From Chrysemys picta bellii (lineage: Eukaryota): a stretch of DNA of 64,000 nucleotides. Each line of letters begins with the position of its first letter. Position 1 is the stretch's first letter. The DNA lies in contig NC_088794.1 of the NCBI RefSeq assembly GCF_011386835.1, forward strand, positions 112,716,001 to 112,780,000. The letters run 5' to 3'. Position numbers and translations under genes: made by a program. The notes beneath the pieces are model-generated. The model was not told where the DNA came from. It made no database searches and saw only the letters and a list, made by a program, of their open reading frames with translations. Shown piece after piece: positions 23,911-37,315 of the stretch.

Positions 23911-25145
23911 AAAATTCACTTTAAAAATAAAATAAAAGCCTACAGTGACTAACGGAGGTGGGGGGGGAGGAAGAAAGAGAGAGTTGATTCTCCTCCTAAC
24001 AGTGTAGGTGGGATGGGAAGAGAAAGACTTGCTGTTCCCCTCTGAACCTGGTCCCAGAGCAGGCCACCACCAGCCCCCTTCTCAGTCCTCATTGGAAGTG
24101 GGGCAAAGAGATCCTTATGGCTAGGCAGGGAGCAGAGGTGGAGGGGATGGGCAGTGGGAGGAAGGAGCAGAGGGGATGAAGGCAGGGTTGGCCAGGGACG
24201 ATCCTTTTCTTTTAGAGCCTCGAGCGGAAATATAATTTTGAAGGATTTTTGTAGTTTGTACAAACTCCTGGAGCTGCTTTTTAACCAGCCTGTTGATTTC
24301 TTGGTTTTGTGCATCCCTTCCCTTTGCTCCCAGGCATGCAGCAGACTGTGGAGTCTATAAGAAGTTATTCTGAGGCAGCCGCCATGCTGATTCTATGGAT
24401 TTCAATTTCCCCAAGTTTCCCTTTAGTCTACTTCTAACTAATATCCTCCTTTCCGTAACAACCCCCCAGGGGATGCTCTTGCACCACCCACCTGTTATGG
24501 TATCACCAGAGACCCCGCTTATGAGCAGAAAACACTTTTTAATTTTGTCGGCCCCTTTCCAATCAAGTTCTTCTTCTTATAGCTTAAATTAAAAAGCCAA
24601 AGAGCTGAGTTTCAATTGACTATGTTCCGTTACACAGGGTGTCACACATTCCCCAGTGAGCGCTAGTCATTAAAGAACCTGTGCAAGTGAGTTTGAGCCC
24701 TCGCAGTTCTGGTGGAGCCCAGCCCGGTCTAATTTCTAGTTCATCGGATGGTAAGCTAAGTTCTGTGTTTGACGCTCATCCCCATGACTGGCAATGCAGG
24801 GCGCAGGCTGAGGTGTCCTAGTGCATCACCCCAGGAGGTGCCACCAAGTACAGCTGACGAGCAGAAGGAACTTGGAGCCAGCCAATCTGTAGGGAGCTGA
24901 AGGGCTAAGTCAGAGGAAGCTTGGTGAGACTGAGCATGTGAGGAGATGCTCCCTGAACAAGCAGGAGCCTGAAGAGCAATTTCTGAGTGCAGGGAGGTGT
25001 GGAGCAGGGGCTCTTGATAGCAGGGCTGACATATCGCTCACAGCTCAGGGGAGTGGAGGGTGTGGAAAACCAGACTATTCCAGTCAGGCCCCACAGGCTG
25101 ATCCATAGGCTCCTGAGGACAGACATTGAGTAGCATTTTTAAAAT

Positions 25146-25778
25146 TCATAGATTCTAGGGTTGGAAGGGACCTCGAGAGGTCATCGAGATCAGTCCCCTG
25201 CCCTCATGGCAGGACCAAATACTGTCTAGACCATCCCTGATAGACATTTATCTAACCTACTCTTAAATATCTCCAGAGATGGTGATTCCACAACCTCCCT
25301 AGCAGTTTATCTAGTGTTTAACCACCCTGACAGGAACTTTTTCCTAATGTCCAACCTAAACCTCCCTTGCTGCAGTTTAAGCCCATTGCTTCTTGTTCTA
25401 TCCTTAGAGGCTAAGATGAACAAGTTTTCTCCCTCCTCCTTATGACACCCTTTTAGATACCTGAAAACTGCTATCATGTCCCCTCTCAGTCTTCTCTTTT
25501 CCAAACTAAACAAACCCAATTCTTTCAGCCTTCCTTCATAGGTCATGTTCTCTAGACGTTTAATCATTGTTGTTGCTCTTCTCTGTACCCTCTCCAATTT
25601 CTCCACATCTTTCTTGAAATGCGGTGCCCAGAAATGGACACAATACTCCAGTTGAGGCCTAACCAACGCAGAGTAGAGCAGAAGAATGACTTCTCGTGTC
25701 TTGCTCACAACACACCTGTTAATGCATCCCAGAATCACGTTTGCTTTTTTTGCAACAGCATCACACTGTTGACTCATA
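25146..25778 (-). mobile_element. CR1 LINE 3' fragment (second subfamily)
   Basis: ORF2 C-terminus [13 protein letters not shown]...[13 protein letters not shown]...FRLDIRKKF, followed by the CR1 3'UTR ending GAATCTATGA. Confidence 0.95.
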
Positions 25779-27639
25779 AATGCACCTAAAATGCACCCAA
25801 GGGACTCAGGAAGCTGAGAACCAGTGATTTTTTTTTTAGCAAACAGAAATGATTTTTCATTGGGACTCTCATAAAATCCTAGAAGATGCAGGGCTGGAAG
25901 GCACCTCAAGGGGCTCAGAAAACATTGGCTACTGTTCTCCACATTCTGCACTGAGGTACTCAGGGCAGACCTACTTGGGCTGAGACCTTCTCCCTTCCAC
26001 ACCTCCTCAGTAGATGGTCACCCCCCAGGAGATATAGAAGAGGGTCCCTAGAGGGCAGAGAACTCCACCTCCCTGGGGAGCCATTGCAGGGTCCAGCCAG
26101 CTGCTCCCTGCACCTGGCTTTGCTGCTGCCCGCCCCATGCAGTGTCAGAGTGAGGTGTGTGAGTGGCAGCCCAGCAGGGGAGTGGAGGCATGGTGGTAAG
26201 GTAGGCCAGGGTGGCAGAGGGCTCCTATCATGGGGGAGGCTGCAGGACCCTGGCCCAGCGCCCCTCCCAGTGGCCACAGACTGTCCCGCCTTCCCACCAC
26301 ATTACCCTCCCCAGAGATTGGGAATTAGCCAATCCCAGCGGCCAGCCACCTGGAGTATAGCTGGTTTCCTAGTGTAAGTGGGGGGTTGGTCCTATTATTG
26401 TGGGGAACTTTCCCGGCTTATGCACTCACCCGGTGAAATTGCTAGTGAACGGATCTAAGTCCTCACTCCAACTCCCTTTATCCAGAGGCCTGCCTGACCT
26501 TGAGAGCCCCCCTTCCCTCACTCTCCCCAGCTGCTCACCACACTTGGCTCATGTGTTACTCATGGCACAGCGAGCATCTGCTCCCCAGTGCTGGGCCTGC
26601 AGCTCCCCACTGCAGCTCAGCCCTGGCTCACAGTCAGCGTGGCTCCAGCTCCCGACTCTGGGCTGCTCTAGCTGCAGCTCCGCTCTGCCTTCTGGGCTGC
26701 TTCTCTGGTCCTCTGGTTCTGGCTACTGCTGCTCTGTCTCCAGCTCAGCTCAGGCGTCTGCGCTCTCCTTAGCTCTGCCCTACTCTGGCTCAGGCAGCTC
26801 CAGCTCACAGGGAGGATGGGACCCTGGACTCCTAACTTGGTCATTGGTGTGCCTGCCCCCCCCCCCCCACACACACGTTGAATCTCTCTATTGGCTCCCC
26901 ATTTTCTACTGCATCAAATTCTACCTTCTTGTCCTCACCCTCTGATCAGCAGACACTTCCCCAGATTTTCATCCAGACGCTGGCCCCTCTGTGCTGCAAC
27001 CACATCTGATTTGCAATACCATGTAGTCCCTGGGATTCTGGCTCCTCATGTCCTGGATCAGGCCACTGGTCAATCCTGTGCCCAGTATTTCAGCTCCTGC
27101 TGTCAGGGATGCATGGCAGTGTGGTCCCTGAGCCTGTCTATTTAGACAGTAAGCTCTTTGGGCCAGGAACTGTCTTGTACTATATGCTGGTACACAATGT
27201 AAGGTCCCAATCTCTGGTGAGGCCTCTAGGCACCACTGCAGTACAAGTAATGTAACACATCAGACCCTTAGACTATTGCTTCTATCTAGTGGACAGTAGC
27301 TGATGGGACCCTCCCACCCATGCTGCTGTTCACTTGTGCCTTGCTATGGCTGGGAGGGGGAGTCCGTATTACCTCCTTGCGGGCTAGTTGATGGGCTGAG
27401 ATTTCATTACACTTCTTTTAGTTTGCACAGCTTCAGAAGTGATTATTGGCCATCAAATTCTCTTTTGAAATCCAGCCATGATTTCCGGCATGGTGACCCC
27501 ATGGGGCACTGACTCCCCCAGGCTAACTAGATGCCCATTTCCCTCTCTTTGTTTCCCATTTACTTTCTTTCACTATGATTCAAGTGACCCCACTCCCTGA
27601 GTTATGAATCGGTCAAACTGGTAAGATTTTACCGAATGG

Positions 27640-27691
27640 TAAAAAAGGAAACGAAAACCTTGGAACTGCTCTAACTTTCATCTCTTTTATT
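27640..27691 (-). terminator. Candidate SYNDIG1L poly(A) signal with downstream U-rich element
   Basis: AATAAA on the minus strand (27691-27686), followed about 25-30 nt later by gttttcgtttcctttttt. Weaker AATAAA candidates at 29459-29464 and 28149-28154 lack such an element. Confidence 0.5.
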
Positions 27692-30056
27692 CAAGTACTG
27701 CCAGGCCTTGAATCATTTTTGTTGGCTTCTCTGACTGTTTCCAGCCTCTCCAGGGGACCTGTTAGTAACTCCACAGAGGAGTTCACTGTTATTCAAAATC
27801 ATCATATTTTTTCTCTCTCTTTTGAGCATCTTTACTTTTTAAACATCTACTGTGCACTGGGCAACCTGAACTCCATGAGGATGCCTAAATCTTTCCCCTA
27901 AGAAGCTACTATGAATTCAGAGGCTCTAAGTTTAGGTTCTTTTCCTCAAAGTGTATTTCTTTGCAGTGATTTAAGTTAATTGTAATCTCCCATTGTGTTG
28001 CCCAGCCACTGGCTGGATTACATCCTCCAGCCTCCCTCACAAGCATCCTGGGGTTTTCCTGATCTAAATAGCTTTGTGCCATTTGTACAGTGTGCCCCCA
28101 TTCTGTCCACATCCAACTCATCGAGGATACATTCCCGTTTCCCGCTCTTTTATTAACTCTTTCATGTTATAAAACATAATGGGACCTTCAGAGAAGCTTC
28201 TGAACAGGTCTCATCTCTTGTGTGTTTCCTTCTTTTATCTTGAAATAGAAATCTCAGATATTAACATGCTGCTTTAGAATTAAATGTACATATGAACAAT
28301 ACACGGATCAAGGAACATGCTGAGTTTCTTACAGAATATGCTATAGTGTGCATGGAAACCCCAGGGAGGAGGGGTGAGTTGGGAGCCTGCCTATGCCCCA
28401 TCAGGGTAAGGCGTGGGGAGGCAAGGGAAGAAGTGCAGGGCGGACTGGCCAAGGTGAGGAGGGTTTAAGATGTGGCGTCTGAGGCACAGAGTGGAGCTCA
28501 GGTTGAAGCAGAAAGTGTCTCTTTACAGTAAGCTCTTTGGGGCAAAGACCCTGCCTCCACATCCGTCTGTGAAGCACCTAGCGTGTTATTGGCACTATAC
28601 ACATAAGCAATAGGCTGTAAGCAGGGCTAAGTGGCATTGGCATTTCCAATGTGGGTCCTGTCCAGCACAGAGCCTTGCACAGACACTTCTTCCCACCCTC
28701 CACCTGGGGTTTTGGCTCCATCGCTTGTCATTCAGTCTCCAACCCTGGAACATATATTTTCTCCTTCTGTGGCTTTTGTCCAGTAACAAACAGTATTTTT
28801 GGCTGGACGTTGTACACAAAGCTGAGTTAAGAGTTTTTTTTGTTGACCTCCGTATTTGTCTGTGACCAGCATTAATGGGATCAGGCCAGTTCCGGCTGAG
28901 GGGGTTGTTATTTACCTGGAAGTAGACGCATTGGGGGCAGAACAGGATATTTTCTTCTGGGTGTTGCCCTAACTGGCAGTACCTGGAGTGTTTCATTGCT
29001 CACTGCTAAAGCTAAAGGTGAGGTACCTAGCCTAGGGTTCTATGGCCCTGACATCAGTGACCTCAGGTAAATCATGTCAGCTCTCAGTGCCTCCGTTTCA
29101 CACACAGCCTTTGTCTGTTTTGGCTCCTGAGACTGTACGTTCTTCGGAGCCTGAGCTCTTACCATGTGTCTTTACAGAACCTAGCACAATAGTTGGGCCA
29201 CTAGGTGCTACTGTGATGACGATAATACACAAGACTTGTGAGGTTTTTCCCAACCAGCTTCTACACATGAAATGATGACACACAATTACCAACCCAAATG
29301 ACCTTTCGTTGTTTTGTTTAGAATGGATTTATGAGTCCAGAGCTAGGTCTGAATCACCAAGGGCTGAGCCAGGGATTGGTAAATGAGACTAGGGTAAATA
29401 AAGCCTGGTGTCAGAGCTGTTAGCTGAGGTTTTGCAGACTGAGTCCCAGAGCTCTCTCTTTATTTAGGGCTGCACTGTGTCCTCCTAGTTTGTGGCAATT
29501 AAAGGGACAGTTGCCAGCCTATAGCACTAAAACTGAAGTGTTTTCCCCACAACAGGAGCCTTGACCACTCTCTCTCTCAATCAGCCTGTGAGCCACTGCC
29601 CTCTCTTCCCCATGTGCCTCAAAATCAGACCAGGGCTGATACACTAGGTGGCGGGATTCACAGTGCAGGACTAGAACATGAACATGTTGTTTTGAAAACT
29701 ATAAGTGGCTGCACCAGGCCCTGCAGATGAACTAAAAATATCTTTTCCACATTCTTCCTTAAGCGAAACATGCTCCTCCCAGCCTCAGAATCCAGGACTT
29801 TCAGCCTGTGCTGAGTTCTTTACTAGCAGGACATTGTTAGCCAGTTGTCCAAGGTGTAAAGGAAAATGGAGTCTATTGTTCATGTAAAAGGGAAAGACCC
29901 TGTACAGCGCATCCAAGCCTGGATCCCTCCACTCATGGAGCTGCTCAGCGGCCCTTGCAAGCGTTGCGTTGTGTCCTATGCTCCATACAAAAGCGTGAAT
30001 CCCCCTAGCATTGGCCTTTGGGTGCAGAGTGCTGAGCTTTGGCGTGAAGGTCTCTG

Positions 30057-30215
30057 CTATACATGGCCACTCTTGGATAGATAAGCAATCAGTGCTACAA
30101 TCACACCAACATAGACCCCTGTGCCGATGGTGATGGAGAGCGCAGCAAGGAAGAGGGCCCGCCGGGAGGCCGAACTTGCCATGTGGAAGTCCCCCTTGGA
30201 GACAGCCTTACTGGT
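30057..30215 (-). CDS. SYNDIG1L: SYNDIG1L coding exon 3 (52 codons + TAG, C-terminal transmembrane helix)
   Basis: [52 protein letters not shown]. Acceptor gtcttctctttccAG|ACC. The spliced CDS totals 235 aa. Confidence 0.97.
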   Translation of the reverse strand, partial: TSKAVSKGDFHMASSASRRALFLAALSITIGTGVYVGVIVALIAYLSKSGHV

Positions 30216-30485
30216 CTGGAAAGAGAAGACAATGGGTAAGTGACTATTAACACCATCTAACCCCTCTGGGGAAGAGGAATGACTGTTCACTTACTCCAGG
30301 GAACAGCACTGACTCCCAACCTTTATCCTCCCCTTCCCTTTTGTGCAACTTTACTTTGACACGGCTTTCCTTTAAAAGGTAGGTTTGAGGGGTTAAGAAG
30401 TTTGAAATACATGTATGCATCTGATATTCTTAAACTCCACTCTCATGGTACAGGGATAATTGCACCAGGTCTTCCCAGCACAGTA

Positions 30486-30655
30486 CACCTCTACCCCGAT
30501 ATAACGCTGTCCTCGGGAGCCAAAAAAAATCTTACTGCATTATAGGTGAAACCACGTTATATCAAACTTGCAGCCCCGCCCCACCGGAGTGCTGCTTTAC
30601 CATGTTATATCCGAATTCGTGTTATATCGGGTCGCGTTATATCGGGGTAGAGGTG
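30486..30655. mobile_element. Tc1/mariner (Tigger-like) MITE in SYNDIG1L last intron
   Basis: TIRs cacctctaccccgatataacgc / gcgttatatcggggtagaggtg; TA TSD on both sides. Confidence 0.9.
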
Positions 30656-30929
30656 TATTTCTTGGTGAGTAGCTACAGCTATCCATACATTTGTAGATGG
30701 ATCAGTCTTTGAACTGGTTGTGTTTGGACTTTTGAATATGTCACTTCGTGCACTTGTGGTCTTGAAATGTAAGTGCAATGGAACTTCATGATGTCATGCC
30801 AGAAGGATTGTACATGCAGAGATACTACCTATATTGTACTAATAGTCTTCAGTATGTTGGCTAATCAGGAATATGTAAATTATTTCTGGTTACATTGTAT
30901 TAAAAAAGGGATAAGGAAGAATACTGAAA

Positions 30930-31400
30930 CAATATAATGTCATTGCATATATTGGTGGGTCACCCTCCTCTGGTGTTCAGTTCTGGCCACATCATTTCAA
31001 AAAGGATATGGCAGTTATAGAAAGAGTTTGAAGGGGAGCAATGAAAATGATCAGAGGACTAGAAATACTTTCATGTGGTAGAGGTTAAAAGGGTCTTTCC
31101 AGGCCGCTGATCATTTCCATAAAATTAAAATATTCACAATATAGTGAATAGGATAAAGGGTGTAAATGGTGCACTGCCCTTTACACTTTCTCATAATCCC
31201 AGAGCACAGGGACATTTACTGAAATTAAAAGGCAACACATTTAAAAGTGATAAAAGGAAATACAGTTTTTCACACAATGCATAAATAACCTGTGGAACTC
31301 ACTGCCACATGATATTAGGACATAGTGGAGTCAACATGTATATGAACAACAAGAATAGTGCAGATACATTAGCTAGGATAAACCAATCATTGACTGATAA
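30930..31400 (+). mobile_element. Old CR1 fragment
   Basis: gtgttcagttctggccacatcatttcaaaaaggat...ggaactcactgccacatgat, a decayed CR1 ORF2 3' end. Confidence 0.75.
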
Positions 31401-31499
31401 GAGTGAAGAAGAATATTCCCCCAGAGGCAGATTATTCCACAATTGATTGTTATGGGAATTTACATCTTAGCATCTGGTTCTGGGGACAAGCAGGGAAAA

Positions 31500-32330
31500 G
31501 GCAGCAGACAGCCTGGACCATGGATCTGTCAGTACCTGTATTCCTAGTCATTTTTTAATTGCTGTTACCTTTTCCTGTTTCTCCTAGTGCACCTCATCTT
31601 TAAGATGAAGTGCCCTGTACTGAATGCAGTATTCAAGGTGAGGACGCACACCACTCTATGCTATGGCATTGTTACATTCCTCTCTATTCCCCTTTCAATA
31701 TCCAGGCATCTCATTTGCTCTCTGGGCCACCACTGCACACTGCACAGATTCAGGGTTGCACACAGTGACACACAGCACTGCTTCCTGAGCGGCTAATTCA
31801 GTGCCAAGCAAGATTGAAGTGCTCCTTGCAGTGGGCATCAGCTTGCACTTGTCTGTACCAACTCATCTGCCATCATGTTACCCAGTTTTCTGGCTGTGTT
31901 ACATTCTTCAAGAGTTCTTCTCAGCCCTCCTCACCTAAATGATTTTGTGTCATCAGCAAATGTTGATGCCTCTTTATTCAACCCCAACATTTAAACCATT
32001 AATAAAATATCTAACATAACTAGTCTGAGAACTGTTCCCTAGGGGAACCCATTATTAATCTCCTCCTTGGTTGAGGATTGACAATTATTTAGCCTTGTCC
32101 TTTAACTTTTTACCTTCTAACCAGTGTATAATAACCTATAACAGAACTGTACCCACCTTGCCCAGGGTTACCACCTTTCCTTTGTAGCCTATTGTTTGGG
32201 ACTTTATCAAAAGCCTTTGAAGGTCTAAATAGACCCATCTGTCATCTTGTATCCACTACTTGTTCATTCTTAATTAAAACCTACACACTGATTCCCCACT
32301 GCATTGTTCTAGTTTTACACTGGCATAACG
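31500..32330 (-). mobile_element. Old CR1 (L3-like) fragment
   Basis: Decayed reverse-strand ORF2: ctgaatgcagtattcaagg, ttgtgtcatcagcaaa (FADD motif), tcaaaagcctttga. Confidence 0.7.
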
Positions 32331-33831
32331 TCATTGATTTCAATGGAAACCCACTGGGCATAAAACTGGAGTGATACAGTGGTGGAGAGAGATGTTAGAC
32401 TGCAAGCTCTTCAGGATGGGGGCTTTTAACTTCCTTTAAACACTATGCGTGTTCTCAGTTGTTAAACAAACACAGAGACAGTCCCTGTCCTGAAGAACTA
32501 ACAAACAATCCGAGTAATAACCAAGCACCATGTACAGCAATTACATTAGATAAACAAACAACAAGGGCTCCTCTTCAAAGAACTCCAGCAGATTAAAGAC
32601 CTCATTTTGTCTCACAGATGCTGTGCTAGGTTGTTCCTTTCATATTATTCTCAGCTAGGTGCATTATAACTTATCTTTTATTATTATTTCTACTGTCTCC
32701 ATTCTTAAGACTGTGAGAAAAACTTTGATCTTGGTATCATCCAGTATAAATCTGGCCCAACTCCATCGACTCCGAGTGAATTATTCTGGATCTACATCTG
32801 TGTGACTGAGAACAGAATCTGGTTCATGCCCTGACTAGAGCAGCAGCCAGTATGAGCTAACACAGGCCAAGGCCCAGATTCTCTCCTTATTTGTGCCAGG
32901 CTGTACACGGCCGAGTTACACTTGACTTACACACAAGTGTGAGGAGAATCAAGCCCCTTGTGTGAACTGGGAAGATCACAATGGACTCATGTTTTAATCG
33001 GGAGAGCTGTCAATCCTTCCCCAGCTTTAAGCAGGAGAGTAATATTGACTCAAGGTTTAACCAGCAGGTTGGCAAAGGGAGTGTTATGATCCCTATTTTA
33101 TAGAGGGGGAACTGGCTTTATTTGACAACATCAGAGGCCATTACTACAGACATAATGACTGGAGGGACCCCTGTAATGAGAAACAGAGGCCAGAGTCTCT
33201 GCTCTGCCCAGGCTCCGAGGCAGCTGGATTCTCAAGCAGGTCCATTGCTGGCTCTGGAACAGGGCAGCTCCAAGCTACACCAGATGGTAAAAGTCACCCA
33301 GGAGACCATCCACCCTCCGGGGATTGTTGAAGCACAGAAATTGGAGCAGGGCAATGTAGGAACTGACTACAGCAGCTCCACCCCAGCCAAAGACTCACCC
33401 ATGCTGGAGAAATTCTCATTTGGCAAGTTATGGTCAGTTTCGGGTCCCTTTGCACCACCAGAATGGCACAAAGGGTGGGACTCTGGTCCATAGTATATAG
33501 TTTCTGCACTGAAGGGCAAGTCCTCTAGTTCCCCCACATGATCATGGAGAGCCCTGGCTGCAGTGGAACCATGTAATTCTGCTGTGGGCCGTGGATGAGC
33601 ACTACACGCCCTGGAGCATGACTTGCTGTGCCCCAGCACACAGAGCTGGGTCAGTGAGGGTTGGAAACAGGACCAATGGGAGGGACAGAGATGTGTGTCT
33701 CACTGACTGGAATGGTGCCAGGCCCCTGACTCAAGGGGTTCTTCTGGCTTGCAGGGTCCCTGCGTTAGAGCCATTACCTAACCCAGCATGTGCAGCACAG
33801 AAAAGGAGACATCAGCAAATGGATTCCTCAC

Positions 33832-33969
33832 CCTATGGGAGAAGTAGAAGGCAGCGATTCCCAAGGGCCAGAAGCAGCAGAGCATTGAAAAAATGGCCAG
33901 GCCCAGGTGGTCTCGTGGGGGGAGCATCAGGAAATGATCCTCACTCTCGCTGTCACTCGAGGAGTCACT
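33832..33969 (-). CDS. SYNDIG1L: SYNDIG1L coding exon 2 (46 codons, start of CD225/dispanin domain)
   Basis: [46 protein letters not shown], containing the dispanin PxDxL...[10 protein letters not shown] motif. Acceptor tttgttttccAG|AGT, donor AGG|GTGAGG; 138 nt, phase 0/0. Confidence 0.97.
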
Positions 33970-34984
33970 CTGGAAAACAAATGAGTTCAGTGCTGCTGAG
34001 CAGCGCAGAGCCGTCAGGCCTGGAGAGTGCCCAGGCAGAGCGAGCCTGGGAAGAGCAATGCAAGCGCACCCCATTCACCCCTCAGTGGGGCATGTCTGAC
34101 ACTTATGTGACCCTGAAACATGTCATGAGGCCAGCCTGTCAAAACCGGGCGCGGGGGAGGTGGGAGACTGCAAATACTGACACAGGGGCGTCCTCCCCTC
34201 CTCCCACCAGTCTGATGCTGGCCAGGCACTGGAGGGATCTGCCACAGGGATAAAACAGGGGTGCAGTCGCTATGGCCCGTCCAGACCTGCTGTGTGGGGG
34301 CAAGTGTGATAGGAACGGGGCTGAGATGCAGGATCTCATGGCCTGCAGACCACCACACAGCTGCTGGTGGAAAAAACTTTTGGTCACTACCAACCTCTGG
34401 CAACTCAGAGCTCTTGACACAAAATGTTCTGTGTCCTATTACTAAGGGCTTTCCCTGAATCAGAATTGCCCCTGTCAGTCTGCCCACCGATGGTATTTCT
34501 AGGGCACTTATCACTTTGTATCTAAGCAGTGCTTCCCACCCCACCCCCTTCACTCTCTGTATTTCAATCTCACCTCCTTTTCTTTCCCATCCTTTTCATA
34601 TATTCTCTAACTCTTCTGACCCAAACCTTCAGAGAGTGAGTTTCTAAAACACTGCATCCTCTCAAGCTGGTTGGAGGAGAAAGAAATGTAATGAGAAAAT
34701 TTGGGGACTGAAATGGATTCTGATTTCCTTCCCAGGTTGAGTCTTCAGCAAACTTGGTGGAGATTTGGGATCTCCCTGGAAATTATTCTTATACCTAAAC
34801 ATCTTGAGCTTTGGCATAATGGGCTGTGTGCTGGCTTTGGCGAAGTGCCTCATTCTCATTAGGACTAAGTGGACCAGTCCCCTGCCAGACAGGGTTTGAG
34901 AGTAAGGGAAAGGGCTTGAATTTGACCCTACCCTAATCTCATGAGGACCCCTGTTCCTCTTTTCAATGTGTGTGCCACTCAGAG

Positions 34985-36091
34985 TAGGGTTACCATTCGT
35001 CCGGATTTACCCGGACATGTCCTCCTTTTGTGTGCTAAAAATAGCGTCCGGGGGGAATTTGTAAAGCACTCACAATGTCCGGGATTTCCCCCTCCCCAGG
35101 CAGAGCAGAGCGAGCGGCTGGGAGGGCTGCAGGAAAGTCCCGGGCTGGACTCCGGAGCAGCTTCCTCCTCCCACCCCCCCCCCCTGCATTCTGAGCCGGC
35201 TGGCAGCTCCTCCTCCTGCAGCCCGCTCCGACAACCCTGTGCAGGGCCAGGGACCGGGTTTTGTGTTGTGCAGGGGAGCTCAGCCATGTGTCCGGCTGGC
35301 ACAGAGCCCAACACCCTGTTCTGAGCAGCAGGGTAAGGGGGGGCAGGAGAAGGGACAGGGAGGTTCTGGAGGGGGCAGTCAAGAAACGGGGGGGGGCTTT
35401 TGGAGGGGAGTGGAGAAAGTTTTGGGCAGTCAGGGTACAGGTAGGGGGTAGGGTCCTGGGGGGCAGTTGGGGGGGGGGTCTTAGGAGGGGGCAGTTAGGG
35501 GACAAGGAACAGGGAGTCTTAGGTAGGGGGTGGGGTTCTGGAGGGCAGTTAGGAGCAGGGGTCCCAGGAGGGGGCAGTCAGGGGACAAGGAGCGGGGGAT
35601 AGGGGGCTGGGAGTTCTGGGGGAGAGCTGTCAGGGGGCAGGAGTGGGGAGAGGGATTGGAGCAGTCAGGGGACAGGGAGCAGAGGGGTTTAGATGGGTTG
35701 GGAGTTCTGGGGGGGCTGTCGGGGGCAGGAGTGTGGAGAGGGATCGGAGCAGTCAGGGGACAGGGAGCAGAGGGGTTTAGATGGGTTGGGAGTTCTGGGG
35801 GGGGGGCTGTCAGGCAGTGGGGAGTGGTTGGATGGGGCGTGGGAGTCCCAGGGGTCTGTCTGGGGGTGGGGGTGTGGATAAGGGTTGGGGCAGTCAGGGG
35901 ACAAGAGGCAAGGAGGCTTAGATAGGGAGTGGAGTCCCGGGGGGCAGTTAGGGGCAGGGGTCCCAGGAGGGGGCAGTCAGGGGACAAGGAACGGGGGGAG
36001 GGTTGGGAGTTCTGGGGGGGCGGGAAGTGGGAGGGGCAGGGGCGGGGCTCCTCCCGTCCTCTTTTTTGCTTGTTGAAATATGGTAACCCTA
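34985..36091. mobile_element. 1.1-kb hAT-type non-autonomous element with G-rich internal tandem array
   Basis: TIRs tagggttacca / tggtaacccta; perfect 8-bp TSD actcagag (34977-34984, 36092-36099); repeated gggcagtcaggggacaaggag / gggagttctggggg units. Confidence 0.9.
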
Positions 36092-37271
36092 ACTCAGAGT
36101 GTCTAGTACTTCTCTCCCTGTCTTGGGCACCCTTTGGCCCACGTTCAGTTTGGAGGGGGCACGTTTTAGTGGTGTAAACCCATGGAAATGGGCAAGTGCC
36201 TGTTTCAGTCTGGAAGAGGCATATTGCCATGGTCCAAATAAATGGATTTGGAGATAAACAGCAGATGCCAACAATAGCAGGGCTAATGGAATCCACTCCA
36301 ACAGAGTCCTGCCTTTGTTAATCTTGTGTATTGTTCTTGACTTCTATATTGCATGGAAAATCCTGAGTGAACACAGGACACATCAATATAAATAGCCATA
36401 GCACAGATTCGCCAGTCATTATTTTATTGCAAGACTCATGATATATTTATATTTTAAGCGTCTCATGATGGTTGGTCTCAAACTTGTGGAACTATCCACA
36501 AGTTGGTATCAAACTATGACTGAGTTGCTTCAGATTTCATGACGAATTACTACATGGGCTCTGGTAGGGTCCAATCAACCCAGGTTTACTCCAAGTGTCT
36601 GTCCCCTTGAGGGCTGGGTCGTGGGAGACAAAGCCCACTGGCTACCCTGGTCGTACTCTGACCTTAAGACCTTAAGCAAGAGCAGACAGGACAACAAACT
36701 CCATCTCCCAGGTCCTAAAGGAAACGATGCATTAGTCACAGGCAACAAAGAGAATATTAGAGTCCTACACCAGGCCCTTCTGCCCCCAGGGAGGCTTTGG
36801 CCTCTGACAATCTCTGAATATTCCCTAGCCCCAGCCAGCCCTTCTTTCAAGGAGCTAGCACAAGAGGTCTATCCCCTCTCCTGGTCAGCCACTACTGTGC
36901 TGGACTTTGGTCCTTTTAATTCCTCCCTCTATTCTTGACACCTACAATGGGTATAGCAGGTGGGGCTGATTAAGTCTATAGGCTCTTATTAACCCGTTAT
37001 TGGTCTGTGTGGGGTCTATATACCCTCTCACCTGCCCTTATTCAGAATGGCCACCATTTCCCATTATTTTCTGTAACGCCACAGCCATAGTCAAGATGGC
37101 CACCACTGCCTTGCATTGGAAAGTGAGGCTGCTCCCAATGAAGATGGCCACCATCTCCCATTGTTCTCAACTGAGCTGAAGTCAGGCTGATACCAGGAAA
37201 GTTGGCCACCTCCTGGGCTCTGGGGTTAGGAAACTGGACCAGAAATTGTGAAGAGACGGGGAAATGTTGGG

Positions 37272-37274
<3 letters not shown>

Positions 37275-37314
<40 letters not shown>

Positions 37315-37315
37315 G
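37275..37315. repeat. (GA)n(GACA)n microsatellite
   Basis: Direct reading. A (GT)n/(GA)n run also lies at about 1595-1640. Confidence 0.9.

Noticed and set aside
1-30000. VRTN coding exon, expected here from human synteny
   Set aside because: No long ORF or VRTN-like motif (e.g. SRSTYY repeats) was found; it probably lies left of the window. NPC2 exons are likewise not seen at the right end.
35400-36060. CRISPR-like or telomere-like periodic array
   Set aside because: The units are contiguous G-rich duplications without unique spacers or TTAGGG periodicity, and they lie inside a hAT element.
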